Part shown: piece after piece, positions 8,849-18,695 of the stretch
Numbering within the stretch: the stretch's first letter is position 1
How the letters are laid out: each line of letters opens with the position of its first letter
Assembly (NCBI GenBank): GCA_030605195.1
Contig: JAUWBB010000001.1
Coordinates: 1-46,211, forward strand
DNA from: Bacteroidota bacterium
Lineage (GTDB): Bacteria > Bacteroidota > Bacteroidia > Bacteroidales > VadinHA17
Reading direction: 5' to 3'
DNA length: 46,211 nt
Program-made: the position numbers and the translations under genes
Notes under the pieces: model-generated
Told to the model about the DNA's origin: nothing
The model's input: only the letters and a program-made list of their open reading frames with translations
Databases searched by the model: none

Positions 8849-8951
8849 AATGGATAAAAAATTGAAAAAATTTTATTGGAAGTCAGGAAAAAAGATTTTA
8901 TATTTGATAAATTCTTTAGTGTAGTAACTAAAGTAACAAAAATTACAAATT

Positions 8952-9041
8952 ATGCCAAAGGGAAAAAAAGTAGGTCGTCCAAAGAAAGTTGGTCGCCCTA
9001 AAAAAGTAAAAAGAGGTCGGAAAAAAGGAAGACGTAAATAA
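8952..9041 (+). CDS. 29-aa AT-hook-like basic peptide (MPKGKKVGRPKKVGRPKKVKRGRKKGRRK)
   Basis: Two GRP cores (KVGRPKK twice) and more than 60 percent K/R; lies between the MuF and scaffold genes. Confidence 0.4.
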   Translation: MPKGKKVGRPKKVGRPKKVKRGRKKGRRK

Positions 9042-9081
9042 AAATCCGGCACGTTAGTTATTAACTTAAATTTGAACAGAG

Positions 9082-9795
9082 ATGGAAGACAAAATCAAAG
9101 CTGCTTTGAAAAAAGTCGGCTTATCAGAAAATCTTTGGACGAAAGTTAAGGTTACTAAAGAGGAAGAAATTGAAGGAGCGGTGAATACTTTGAAAGAAGT
9201 AATTCCAACATCCCTGGATAAATTCCTTGAACAGCCTGAAAATTCTAAACTCAAGGAAGAGTATGAATTGATCGTCCAGAAGGAAGGGGACAAGAGAGTA
9301 ACCCAGGGAATCGAGACCTTCAAAAAGAAGCACAATCTTACCGAGGAACAGCTAAAAAAGTTGGAGAATCCGGAAGATGATGAAGCAAAGAAAAAGGAAA
9401 AGGAAGATTTGGAAAAAATGGATGTTACTCAGAAGGCTTTGCATGAACTGACAAAGACAGTTGGAACACTTACTGAAACTGTCAAGTCAATGAAAACTGA
9501 AACGACTACAGAAGTAAAAATCACTCAAGCTAAGGCTCTGCTTAAAAAAGAGGAATTAGACGAGGGATTGGTAGATAATCTCAATCTTCAAAGCGAGACT
9601 CCGCTGGAAGAGCAAGTGACTAAGTTAAAGGAAAAAATCACCGGCATTAAGACAGAAGCAATTAAAAATGCTGTTGATGAGGGAGGGAAGCTAAAAAAAT
9701 CTGAGAAGGATATCGAGGTTGGCACGAAAAGTGCAATTGACAAATTTGTCGAAGAGCAAAAAACCGATGGTGCCACGCCTGTACTGAAAATTTAA
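9082..9795 (+). CDS. scaffolding protein
   Basis: E/K-rich, coiled-coil-like, positioned upstream of the capsid genes. Confidence 0.6.
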   Translation: MEDKIKAALKKVGLSENLWTKVKVTKEEEIEGAVNTLKEVIPTSLDKFLEQPENSKLKEEYELIVQKEGDKRVTQGIETFKKKHNLTEEQLKKLENPEDDEAKKKEKEDLEKMDVTQKALHELTKTVGTLTETVKSMKTETTTEVKITQAKALLKKEELDEGLVDNLNLQSETPLEEQVTKLKEKITGIKTEAIKNAVDEGGKLKKSEKDIEVGTKSAIDKFVEEQKTDGATPVLKI

Positions 9796-9821
9796 TTTAT
9801 TCACTTAACACACGCGAAAAA

Positions 9822-10439
9822 ATGGGTTTACAAATTGTTCGGAAGGAAGGATCTGACAGTCAGGTTTACTTCCAAAAGATATTTGAAGATGTTCCCGGTG
9901 GTGGTACGCTGAAGATAACGGAGTTAAAGGCGGCCACCAAATGGTTAAACGGCGGGGCTGTCGTTAAATATACAGAATCTACCCGTGTCGTTAATTTAAC
10001 GAAAACAGCCTTGTTGTATGCTGATTGTGCTCAGAGTGTAACTGAATATCCGGTGTATAAAAATCACGAATTTTTAGTTGGTGATTATCTTGCATCAGCG
10101 GCTGGAGCACAAGCTTGTGATATTATTGAAATCGACACGACCACATCTGAGGATTATGATATACTCAAACTTTCAGCCACTATAACTTTAGGCGAGGCCT
10201 TGACGGCAGCAGATATTATTGTTTTTTATGAAAGTAAAGCACAATCAGGAGCAGAATACAAATATCCTGCAAATGGCATATTAAAACATGGAGTTAAGAT
10301 AGACCAGCTTAATACCGCAGCAACAGCCGTTTCGGTTGTTACTCGTGGTACGGTTTACGAGCGCAGGCTGCCTTTCTCTGTTTCTACCGCAATGAAAACG
10401 GCACTTGGTGACAGGTTCCTTTTCAGTCAATCATTTTAA
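9822..10439 (+). CDS. capsid-associated protein (decoration-like)
   Basis: Sits between scaffold and major capsid, as lambda gpD sits before gpE; no decisive motif. Confidence 0.4.
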   Translation: MGLQIVRKEGSDSQVYFQKIFEDVPGGGTLKITELKAATKWLNGGAVVKYTESTRVVNLTKTALLYADCAQSVTEYPVYKNHEFLVGDYLASAAGAQACDIIEIDTTTSEDYDILKLSATITLGEALTAADIIVFYESKAQSGAEYKYPANGILKHGVKIDQLNTAATAVSVVTRGTVYERRLPFSVSTAMKTALGDRFLFSQSF

Positions 10440-10458
10440 CCTGTAAATCTTAGAAATT

Positions 10459-11550
10459 ATGGCAGAAAGACAATCAATTTTAAAAGAAATAGGTACTAAG
10501 AAAGGTTTGCAGTACCTGATTGACAGGACACAGGAAAAATACCGTGCTATCGTATGGCCCAATTTCTTCTCCTGGAGAAACACTACTAAAATAACCTATG
10601 AAACGCTGATCGGATCAGTTGGATTAGGTGCAGCTGCATCAGTCGTGTCTTATAATGCAGCAGCCCCGCTGAGAACACGGAGACACGTCAAAAAACTAAC
10701 CGGTGAAATTCCTTCTTTACGTGAAAAATTCCAAATGCAGGAATCTGACCTTATGGAATATATTGCTATGACATCGGGCGCTAACCCTGATGAAAAAGCA
10801 ATTATCGATCTTGTATTCCGTGACGTAAAGGAAGCCGCAGAAGCACCTCATAAACGGCTTGATTACATGGTGCTCGAAATGTTAAGCACAAGCCTTATTT
10901 TGCTTGACACCACCACGAATCCGGATGGTATCATAACCGAAGCAGCAATCGACTTTGGAATGCCTGCTGCAAACAAAACCGGGGTGGCAGTTATTTGGAG
11001 TGCAGGTGCAACCTGTACACCCATCGCTGACATTATGAAGATTGTCGAACTTGCAGAAGCCAAAGGGATTAAGCTTGAGAAGATAAGAATGAGGAGATCG
11101 GTATGGAACAACATGCGCAAGTCCACGGAGTTGGCATGCTTCATTACAGCTTGGGCTATCGGTAAAGCTACACCGAAGGTAAATCTCACGCTTACACTCG
11201 TGAACGAGTTCTTGTTAGCAGAGGGTTTACCGATTATTTCGTTGGTGGATGTGAGTATAGGGATTGAAAAGGATGGCGTTGTTACGGCAGCAACCCCTTT
11301 CAGTCAATATAATATTGCATACACACCTTCGGATAATCTTGGTGATATGCTGAATGCACCGATTGTAGAGAAAATTTATCCTGCAAAGCATGTCACTTAT
11401 GCAGAATATAACCGGTGTCTTATTAAGAAGTGGGGTAATACAGACCCGGTTTCAGAATTTACCGGTGTTGAGCTCAACGCTTTCCCGAGCTGGAAAACTG
11501 TTGATTTCTGCTATTTGCAGAATACAAACAATGTCACTACTTATGAATAA
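10459..11550 (+). CDS. major capsid protein (gpE-like)
   Basis: 363 aa, correct position in the head module, strong conserved initiation context AATCTTAGAAATTATGGCA. Confidence 0.7.
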   Translation: MAERQSILKEIGTKKGLQYLIDRTQEKYRAIVWPNFFSWRNTTKITYETLIGSVGLGAAASVVSYNAAAPLRTRRHVKKLTGEIPSLREKFQMQESDLMEYIAMTSGANPDEKAIIDLVFRDVKEAAEAPHKRLDYMVLEMLSTSLILLDTTTNPDGIITEAAIDFGMPAANKTGVAVIWSAGATCTPIADIMKIVELAEAKGIKLEKIRMRRSVWNNMRKSTELACFITAWAIGKATPKVNLTLTLVNEFLLAEGLPIISLVDVSIGIEKDGVVTAATPFSQYNIAYTPSDNLGDMLNAPIVEKIYPAKHVTYAEYNRCLIKKWGNTDPVSEFTGVELNAFPSWKTVDFCYLQNTNNVTTYE

Positions 11551-11557
11551 TAGGTAA

Positions 11558-11857
11558 ATGACTAATTTAGCAGCACTAACAAGCATGACTACCGGTATAG
11601 AGGTCCCGACGGATCTCTATAATAAAGTTTTGCTTGATCGGGCAGTAACAAGTAACGGGACTTACACGGCAACGGATAAGGACACTATAGAATTATGCCT
11701 TGCTGATATTTACATGGCAACTGCTAATAATGTTGATTATGGAGAAGGTTCTTTGAACGTGAAATATGACCGGGCCCAGTTAATCCGGATGGCAAAGGAA
11801 ATTTATCGAAAAAATGGTGAATCCGTTGCCTGTATTGACGGGACTTCACAATGGTAA
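11558..11857 (+). CDS. head-tail connector (gp6-like)
   Basis: 99 aa, correct position, pattern ELCLADIY...LIRMAKEIYRKNG typical of this family. Confidence 0.5.
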   Translation: MTNLAALTSMTTGIEVPTDLYNKVLLDRAVTSNGTYTATDKDTIELCLADIYMATANNVDYGEGSLNVKYDRAQLIRMAKEIYRKNGESVACIDGTSQW

Positions 11858-12150
11858 GGTATCCACATACAGGTACTTTACACTGGAAAACAGGTGGCAT
11901 TTTTAACGATGATGATGGAAAGTTTACCGCGGGAACTCCGCAAACAAAACCAATTGATTGCAACGTGCAGCCTAATGGTGCGGGTCGCAAAATAGATGTT
12001 GGTGGAGACCAGGTACTTTACAAATTCAAAGTTTATTGCAAACTGTTTTCAGAGTTGATACCAGATACTGCAGAGTTCGAGTACGAAGGTGTGAAGTTTA
12101 AAGTTTTACAAATTTTCCCGTACCAAAAACACGTGGAAATATGGATTTGA
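11851..12150 (+). CDS. head closure / head-tail adaptor protein
   Basis: 99 aa, overlapping neighbours in the connector block. Confidence 0.4.
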   Translation: MVRYPHTGTLHWKTGGIFNDDDGKFTAGTPQTKPIDCNVQPNGAGRKIDVGGDQVLYKFKVYCKLFSELIPDTAEFEYEGVKFKVLQIFPYQKHVEIWI

Positions 12151-12572
12151 AACCCCTGTACACTGGAAGAGATGTAAAAGAGGTTTTTGATAATTTTCAA
12201 GAAGAACTGATTATACAGTTAATACAGTTGTATGCTTATGCGGGTGAGAGATTTGTAAATCTTGCACGAAACCGCAGAACTTACAAAGACAGAACAGGGA
12301 ACCTGAGAAGTTCGATAGGTTATATTGTCGCATTGGACGGTGTAGAAAAAATCGGGAACTTGCAAGGTACAGCAGAAGGTATGGCACGGGCAAAAGAGCT
12401 CGCACATGAAGTTTTGTCGGAGGATCCCGTGGGTGTAGTATTGATCGGATTTGCAGGGATGCACTATGCTTCTTATGTAGAATCCAGAGGGTACGATGTT
12501 ATAACAGGATCAATGCCGACAGCTCAGAAGATTATAAAAGAGCTGAAAGCCGGGTTGAAAGAATTTGAATGA
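12141..12572 (+). CDS. HK97 gp10-like tail-component protein
   Basis: RTGNLRSSIGY motif and correct position. Confidence 0.6.
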   Translation: MDLKPLYTGRDVKEVFDNFQEELIIQLIQLYAYAGERFVNLARNRRTYKDRTGNLRSSIGYIVALDGVEKIGNLQGTAEGMARAKELAHEVLSEDPVGVVLIGFAGMHYASYVESRGYDVITGSMPTAQKIIKELKAGLKEFE

Positions 12573-12967
12573 GAACGACAATTGACATAGGCGAAATCTT
12601 GTACAAGGCTATTAATACGACAGCTGTTAAAGCTGAAATTGATGGTGATGTATACAGAAACAGGAAGCCAGTCAATTCAAAGTCTCAGGATATTGTTTTG
12701 ATACCTTTACCAGTATCCGGTGAAGCAGTTCAGAGTGGATTTTGGAACATAAACTGTTATTGTAAGGATTTTGGTGAAACGTCAGGACCCGACCTGACAA
12801 AATTGAACAGTATTGCAAAAGCAGTGATTAATGAAATTGAGAATTATGAAAATCATAACCAGTTTCATTTTCATATTGAAGCGATGACTCAAGAGCTTAT
12901 GCACGATGAAAATGGCATGAGTTACATAAATATCAGAGTGCTGATAAATACAATTAATAATACTTAA
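12569..12967 (+). CDS. tail completion / terminator-like protein
   Basis: Called from position immediately before the major tail gene. Confidence 0.4.
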   Translation: MRTTIDIGEILYKAINTTAVKAEIDGDVYRNRKPVNSKSQDIVLIPLPVSGEAVQSGFWNINCYCKDFGETSGPDLTKLNSIAKAVINEIENYENHNQFHFHIEAMTQELMHDENGMSYINIRVLINTINNT

Positions 12968-12978
12968 AACTTAGAAAA

Positions 12979-13773
12979 ATGGCTAAAACAGATACCACCT
13001 TTATAGGTTTACAGCGAATCGAAACGGGAACCGTGACGGCAACCGGTCTTATGCCTGCCGTTGATGCTTTCAATATTATCAACGGTAAGACAGTTCCGGA
13101 CTCTGCGGCGTTCGTAATCGAGAAAGCCGAGAAAACAGATGTAAATATACTGGAAAGCGATTTCCCGTATATGTCTATTCCCGGATCGAGGGTAGTTTCT
13201 ATTGCTTGTAATTCGAGAGATTTTACAGTTGACAATATGGTACGTGCCTTTGGTGGAACGAAGGTCAGCGATGATGAATACAAAGCTCCGGTTGTTGGTA
13301 CAATTCGGACAAAAGCAGTCAGGCTAACCACGAAACCCGGCAATGACGGTAAAGTACTTGTATTTTTAATTCCAAAAGCTAATGTCGATGCCGGGCTGAA
13401 TGGACAAATGATTAATACTGACACCGGTTTCCTTGAATTCGAGTTTGTTCCACTGACTCCACAAGATGCCCAGGGAATTAACCTGCCGGCTTATGAAATG
13501 CACGTTATCTTTGATCCGGTCCCAAGTCCCACGTTACCGGTTGTAGATGATGAAGGAAATACATTTGCTTGGACTGATATACCGGAATACACGGGGTTTG
13601 CCTTGTATGAATATTCGATAGATACAGGTACAACCTTTGATGATTGTACTGCTAATCCGCAAACAGGTATAACCGGGGCTCACAATGCCGGGGATGTTCA
13701 GGTAAGACTAAAAGCAACGGCAAAGCATAATTACAGCAATGCCTTATTGTCGAATGAAGCCTTTACCGCTTAA
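12979..13773 (+). CDS. major tail protein with C-terminal Ig/FN3-like extension
   Basis: Correct position, strong initiation context ACTTAGAAAAATGGCT, beta-rich C-terminal roughly 90 aa. Confidence 0.6.
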   Translation: MAKTDTTFIGLQRIETGTVTATGLMPAVDAFNIINGKTVPDSAAFVIEKAEKTDVNILESDFPYMSIPGSRVVSIACNSRDFTVDNMVRAFGGTKVSDDEYKAPVVGTIRTKAVRLTTKPGNDGKVLVFLIPKANVDAGLNGQMINTDTGFLEFEFVPLTPQDAQGINLPAYEMHVIFDPVPSPTLPVVDDEGNTFAWTDIPEYTGFALYEYSIDTGTTFDDCTANPQTGITGAHNAGDVQVRLKATAKHNYSNALLSNEAFTA

Positions 13774-13816
13774 ATATTTGTCTCTACTTCCTGGTAGGGG
13801 CAATTAATTTATAGTC

Positions 13817-14032
13817 ATGAAAACAGTATCAAAAGTACTGCCCGATTATTTAGAGGTAGATGTCGAGTACGAGGTTACTAAATTTGGAAGGATAAAACTG
13901 ATCTCAGTCAAGGAAAATGAACGAGAAATTGTTCATCTTTTGAAGCCGTCTACTGCAGATAATATCAGGCAGGATTGTAAGGAACATTATAAAGGTGAAA
14001 AAGGCAGAAAACGTAAAGAAAGGGATAGTTAG
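13817..14032 (+). CDS. hypothetical protein (71 aa)
   Basis: ORF between the major tail and chaperone genes. Confidence 0.4.
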   Translation: MKTVSKVLPDYLEVDVEYEVTKFGRIKLISVKENEREIVHLLKPSTADNIRQDCKEHYKGEKGRKRKERDS

Positions 14033-14507
14033 TGCTATCAATGAGGAACCGCTCAGAATAGAGATAACAAAGAAGAGCTACGGAATTTGGGACGTTTTGT
14101 TTTTAAGGAGAAGGAAAAAGGTTTTTATTGTCAGACCACCGGTTTTGGGTGTTCTGGTAAAGATTTCCGGGATACTTGAAAATATCAAGATAAACACGGA
14201 AGATGTTGGAAAACAGCCTTTCGAGTTTGGGATCGAATACCTGAATAAGAACAAGGACGATATGCTAAGGATTGTTGGATACGCCTTGCATGGAGAAAAA
14301 AGTGAACCGAATAAAGGGTTACTTAAATTTATTAATGAAAACCTGACCGCTCACGAATTATTAGTCCTTGTTTCAGCAATCCTGAACCTGACAAACGTGA
14401 AGGATTTTTCGACTTCTATCATGTTAGTCCAAAGCATGAGCCTGATGAAGAGCAGGGAGATGATAGCCCTGCAGAACGAAATCTCTGGGCGACAATCGGC
14501 GGTATGA
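13995..14507 (+). CDS. tail assembly chaperone (gpG-like)
   Basis: Sits directly upstream of the tape measure gene; GTG start. Confidence 0.5.
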   Translation: MKKAENVKKGIVSAINEEPLRIEITKKSYGIWDVLFLRRRKKVFIVRPPVLGVLVKISGILENIKINTEDVGKQPFEFGIEYLNKNKDDMLRIVGYALHGEKSEPNKGLLKFINENLTAHELLVLVSAILNLTNVKDFSTSIMLVQSMSLMKSREMIALQNEISGRQSAV

Positions 14508-14680
14508 TGAACTACTTCCACCTGACCATGGACCAAGTACTCTGGGAAATGTCTTGGGTTAATATTCTCATGTTAACTACCTCTATACCAACCTTTGACA
14601 GAAAAAGTACTAAAGATACTGATGAAAATAAGGAAATTTCTCCAGCTGAATTAGCACAAAAATTAGGTCATGGCACTTAA
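14504..14680 (+). CDS. gpT-like chaperone extension or small coupled ORF (58 aa)
   Basis: -1 frame relative to 13995..14507 and open from 14339. ATGATG overlaps the upstream stop, and the ORF ends 11 nt inside the tape measure gene. Confidence 0.4.
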   Translation: MMNYFHLTMDQVLWEMSWVNILMLTTSIPTFDRKSTKDTDENKEISPAELAQKLGHGT

Positions 14681-17648
14681 CATTACCGGTAGAAACCTTT
14701 ACTTCAAGTCCGGAATCGACAATAAGCAGCTTAAAAAGGATTCTAAGGAAGCCCAGCGAGAGATCAGTGGAATGACTGGCAAAGTAAAGAAGTCCGGACA
14801 GTCGATGGCCAAGGCTCTCAAAACTGCCTTTAAATTCATTATAGGTGCCGTTGTCGTAAAGAAAATAATTGATATTGGTAAGGCTCTATTTAAAGCAGGA
14901 AGTCAAGCAGAGGAAATAAGGTCGAAGTTTGAAGTCACGTTCCAGGGGATCAATGAAGAAGCTGATAAAACAGCAGAAGCTTTAAGCAAGGGTTTCGGAA
15001 TAGCGCGTGTAAAAGCAGAAGAATTACTCAGTACAACAGGCGACTTGCTCACGGGATTCGGTTTTAGCCGTGAAGCAGCATTAGGAACTTCATTAGCAGT
15101 TCAGCAATTAGCAGTTGACCTTGCTTCATTTAACAACCTTGCCGGCGGGGCAGCCCAAGCCAGCACAATAATCACAAAAGCTTTATTAGGAGAAAAGGAT
15201 TCATTAGTAACTCTTGGTGTAAAGATACTTGACTCTGACATCCAGCATGAATTACTCAGAATGGGTATGGAGAAACTTACCGGTACAGCCTTGCTGCAAG
15301 CAAAAGCCCTCGTGACACTTGATATGATAACTCGGCAATCCAAAAATGCTATAGGTGATTTCGCAAGGACCAGCCAAAGTGCAGCAAACCAGCAACGAAT
15401 ACTCAAAGAAAACATTAAAGATTTAACTATTAATCTTAGTAAAAGATTAGTTCCTGCCGTTGGTAAAACGCTTATTGATATGAACAAACTGGTCAGGTCT
15501 TTTGTTGACCTGACAAAAGTTAATATGTCAGGCGTATTCAGGGATGAACAGGTAGCCCTGAACACCCTTGTTTTGCAGATAACCAGTGCAAATACTAAGC
15601 AAGAGGATCGACTGAGGCTTATAAAACAATTACGAGAAGAATATCCGTTTTTCCTTGAGGACCTGAAAACCGAAGAACTGACAAATGAAAATATTGCAAA
15701 GCGGTTAGCAGAGGTAAATGAAAACTATGTGAATAAGATTATTATTCAGAAGGAGAATGAAAAAATAGCAAAAGCAGCAGCCCGGGAAGCCAGAAGATAT
15801 ATTAAACAAGCAGAATCAGAGCTGAAAATAATCAATAAATTATCAGAGGTAGGCACGAAATTAGGTATAACTCACCAGCTTGTAGGCAAGTCTTACAAGG
15901 AGCAATTTGATATTATTCAGAAACATATAAGGACGATTGATGCAGAAGTAAGAGTAAAAGAGAAACTGTATGATGTAATTCCTAAGCTAACTGAATTGTA
16001 TGATCTTTGGCAGGTAGCAGTAAGAAAATCAGGGGAAGCTAATGAAGATATGAATGCAGTATTAGAAGCTAAGTTGGCAATACTTAAACTTTTAAATATT
16101 GAAGAAGAAGAACTTTTCAACAGAACAAAAATTGTAACGAAAGTAGAAGAAAAACCGGTTGTAAGAGAGGTTGATCCTAATTTGGAACGTATTGAAACGA
16201 CTGAACATTTAAAGAAAGTAACAGAAGATTGGCTTGAATTATCAAAAAAAGGAGTCGAGTTACATGCAAAAAGTTTATTAAAAATAAAACCTCACATTAA
16301 AGATGTAATACGTTTGTATGGTGATATGAAAGACGCTACAATTGCCGAGAAGAAAGAAGCAATAAAGATGATTGATAAGATGATAAAGGCTTATAAGGAT
16401 TATGACAAAACTGTAACGGACCTGCTTGAAGAAAGAAGGGAGATTATGGAAGAACTCCTGAAATCTGTTTATGCAGTTGAAGAAGCATTGGGTGCTTTAG
16501 AACGGTTCTTGGTAGGTTTTGATGTTAATATTGGAAGGCTTATAAAAAGTGCTTCGGATTTATATACAGCAATAACTCTTGAAGATGCAGGCGGTATGTT
16601 CGGTGGAGTATTAAGTGCGTTTAAGGCGATCTATGACATAGGGAACCAGATAAGGGAAGAACGAGATAGAGCTGAATCCGAAGAAAGAAGAAAATCAAAC
16701 GAAAAACTGAATGTTGTACTCAATGCAATAAATCGAAATTTGCAATTACAGTTAATGCTATTAGCTGAAATAAATGGGACCCAGTGGCTTGTTAATGCTG
16801 TAGAACAGGTAAAGGATATTGAGAAAGAAATGGATGGATTATTAGATCAAATGGGAGAGATTGAGGTTCGTAGTTCACGGAGAGGACACCCGTTGATCGA
16901 TACTTCTGAATGGGATATTGACAAGTGGCAGGAAATGTTAGATAAATATTACAGGCTTGGATACGAGGGTGCTGGTTTCGGATTTGGTGGATACGAGGAA
17001 AATGTTCAGGATTATATAGATTCTTTCCGGGAACTTGAAGAAGCACGTAGAAGGCTGGCGGACGCTTATGCTCAAGAGTTAACTGGCACAACCACGGAAA
17101 GCATTGCAAATGCAATTGCACAAGGTTTTGACGAGGGGATTGGCTCTGCTGAAATATTTGCAAATACCTTTGAAAATTTGATAAGGAACTCAATGATTGA
17201 AGCATTAAAGCGGTCATTATATGATGAAGGTTTGAAGAAATTTTACAAGAAATTTTGGGAATTTGCTGAAGAAGAAGGATTGAGTAAAGAAGAAATTGAA
17301 CAACTCGGATTAGATTATAGAACTATGATCGAAGACGCAGAAGGATACTGGGAGGACATGATGAAGGTTTGGAAGGAAGTGTTTGGCGAAGATTTTGCTT
17401 TACCCGGAGAAGAAGATCCGCTAACGAGAGCAATTAAAGGAGTAACAGAAGAAACAGCCGGCGTGTTGGCAGGTCAGCTAATGGGTATAAGAATAGACGT
17501 GGCACAGGGACTTGAAGTTGCCGAGAACTCATTTTTGCAGCTGGTAGAGATTGCAGAAAACACTTCATATAACAGGTATCTCGAACAGATTGCAGCATTA
17601 TTGAACAAAAATTCAGAACAAACATTAGTAAGATCAGGTGGAGGATAA
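14670..17648 (+). CDS. tape measure protein
   Basis: 992 aa, long helical/coiled-coil regions, hydrophobic segment near the N-terminus, correct position. Confidence 0.85.
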   Translation: MALNITGRNLYFKSGIDNKQLKKDSKEAQREISGMTGKVKKSGQSMAKALKTAFKFIIGAVVVKKIIDIGKALFKAGSQAEEIRSKFEVTFQGINEEADKTAEALSKGFGIARVKAEELLSTTGDLLTGFGFSREAALGTSLAVQQLAVDLASFNNLAGGAAQASTIITKALLGEKDSLVTLGVKILDSDIQHELLRMGMEKLTGTALLQAKALVTLDMITRQSKNAIGDFARTSQSAANQQRILKENIKDLTINLSKRLVPAVGKTLIDMNKLVRSFVDLTKVNMSGVFRDEQVALNTLVLQITSANTKQEDRLRLIKQLREEYPFFLEDLKTEELTNENIAKRLAEVNENYVNKIIIQKENEKIAKAAAREARRYIKQAESELKIINKLSEVGTKLGITHQLVGKSYKEQFDIIQKHIRTIDAEVRVKEKLYDVIPKLTELYDLWQVAVRKSGEANEDMNAVLEAKLAILKLLNIEEEELFNRTKIVTKVEEKPVVREVDPNLERIETTEHLKKVTEDWLELSKKGVELHAKSLLKIKPHIKDVIRLYGDMKDATIAEKKEAIKMIDKMIKAYKDYDKTVTDLLEERREIMEELLKSVYAVEEALGALERFLVGFDVNIGRLIKSASDLYTAITLEDAGGMFGGVLSAFKAIYDIGNQIREERDRAESEERRKSNEKLNVVLNAINRNLQLQLMLLAEINGTQWLVNAVEQVKDIEKEMDGLLDQMGEIEVRSSRRGHPLIDTSEWDIDKWQEMLDKYYRLGYEGAGFGFGGYEENVQDYIDSFRELEEARRRLADAYAQELTGTTTESIANAIAQGFDEGIGSAEIFANTFENLIRNSMIEALKRSLYDEGLKKFYKKFWEFAEEEGLSKEEIEQLGLDYRTMIEDAEGYWEDMMKVWKEVFGEDFALPGEEDPLTRAIKGVTEETAGVLAGQLMGIRIDVAQGLEVAENSFLQLVEIAENTSYNRYLEQIAALLNKNSEQTLVRSGGG

Positions 17649-17705
17649 AAATGGTATAGATATAGTATAATTATCGTATAATTATCATATAAATAGAAGT
17701 TTGAC

Positions 17706-18695
17706 ATGACAATAGACGGGGTAAATATGCTTTTAAATTACGGCTTTGGAATAAGCCGTTTGAGCAACAGCATGGATTTTGCAAAGAGGAAAAAGCAACC
17801 GGTTCATAATTGGCTTGACGAACATGGAGAGGAAAGTTTTGTCGACCAGGGAGATTTTTTCTTCGAGCCAAGGGATCTGACTGCAACCTGTTTCATTCAC
17901 GGAACCAGTAAAGCTGATTTTCAAGGTAAAATAGAGTCGATAAAAACAATATTTGAAGCACCTGGTCTTAAAACTATAAGTTTTGATTCAATGGAAGATG
18001 CACATCTCGTTTATGCTAAACACGGGGCAGGTTTATCATTGATAAAAAAATTGAACAGTAATGATAATGTAGCTAAATTTATTATTAAATTAAGAGAACC
18101 TCAACCGTTTTTCATGCAAGTCAAGTATGATATAAGCGGAACGCTTCAGACAGCATCAATTACGTTATCGGTAGCAACAGATTATACAGTAGATATTTAC
18201 TGGGGCGATGGTGAAGTGACAAAAGGAATTACCGGTGCAGATCAGGTAAAAACTCATGTTTACCCAGGGAAGAATGTTTATTACATAACCATTGTTGGAG
18301 ACCTTGATCAGCTGACCAAATTTTATATAGGTGGCAATGTTGTTCAGTACGTGTATGGTGATCCCGGTAAAATTGTTAAAAAGATGTCAATAAGTGCAAC
18401 TGATCTGATTTTAACCGGCAGTAAAATTAACAGGTACTCGAAATCTATTATACCAGCCACGCTTGTTAACCTGAAGCTCGATAGTTGTGCGATAATTTCA
18501 GGTAACGATATTTGCCAGGTATTGAAGGATATTATCAATGATGGTGTTAATAAGCTTGCTGACAGACCTACAAGTATGAATATTTGGCTTGACGGTGGAA
18601 CTAATGCTGATCTGCCTGCAGCAGGACAAGCTGATTATGATACAATAGATGCTTATTTGACGACAGGAACTATAAAAGTTAATGGATATTCTTAA
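17706..18695 (+). CDS. distal tail protein (Dit-like) with C-terminal PKD-like/repeat extension
   Basis: Sits directly after the tape measure gene; WGDGEVT...HVYPGKNVYYITI is a PKD-like motif. Confidence 0.55.
   Translation: MTIDGVNMLLNYGFGISRLSNSMDFAKRKKQPVHNWLDEHGEESFVDQGDFFFEPRDLTATCFIHGTSKADFQGKIESIKTIFEAPGLKTISFDSMEDAHLVYAKHGAGLSLIKKLNSNDNVAKFIIKLREPQPFFMQVKYDISGTLQTASITLSVATDYTVDIYWGDGEVTKGITGADQVKTHVYPGKNVYYITIVGDLDQLTKFYIGGNVVQYVYGDPGKIVKKMSISATDLILTGSKINRYSKSIIPATLVNLKLDSCAIISGNDICQVLKDIINDGVNKLADRPTSMNIWLDGGTNADLPAAGQADYDTIDAYLTTGTIKVNGYS

Noticed and set aside
12954-13424. Minus-strand ORFs in the track: this 156-aa one, plus 15101..15565, 16792..17217, 31270..31812, 32742..33272, 41622..42092, 10863..11189, 24341..24535 and all shorter ones
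   Set aside because: Each lies entirely antisense to a well-supported + strand gene with recognisable motifs. They have low-complexity or hydrophobic shadow-like composition, and no - strand ORF has its own intergenic space. I treat all of them as antisense artefacts.
13995-14032. Programmed frameshift between 13817..14032 and 13995..14507 at GGTGAAAAAGG
   Set aside because: The downstream frame is +1, not -1, relative to the upstream ORF. The A-run is not in a slippery phase, and the downstream gene has its own GTG start.
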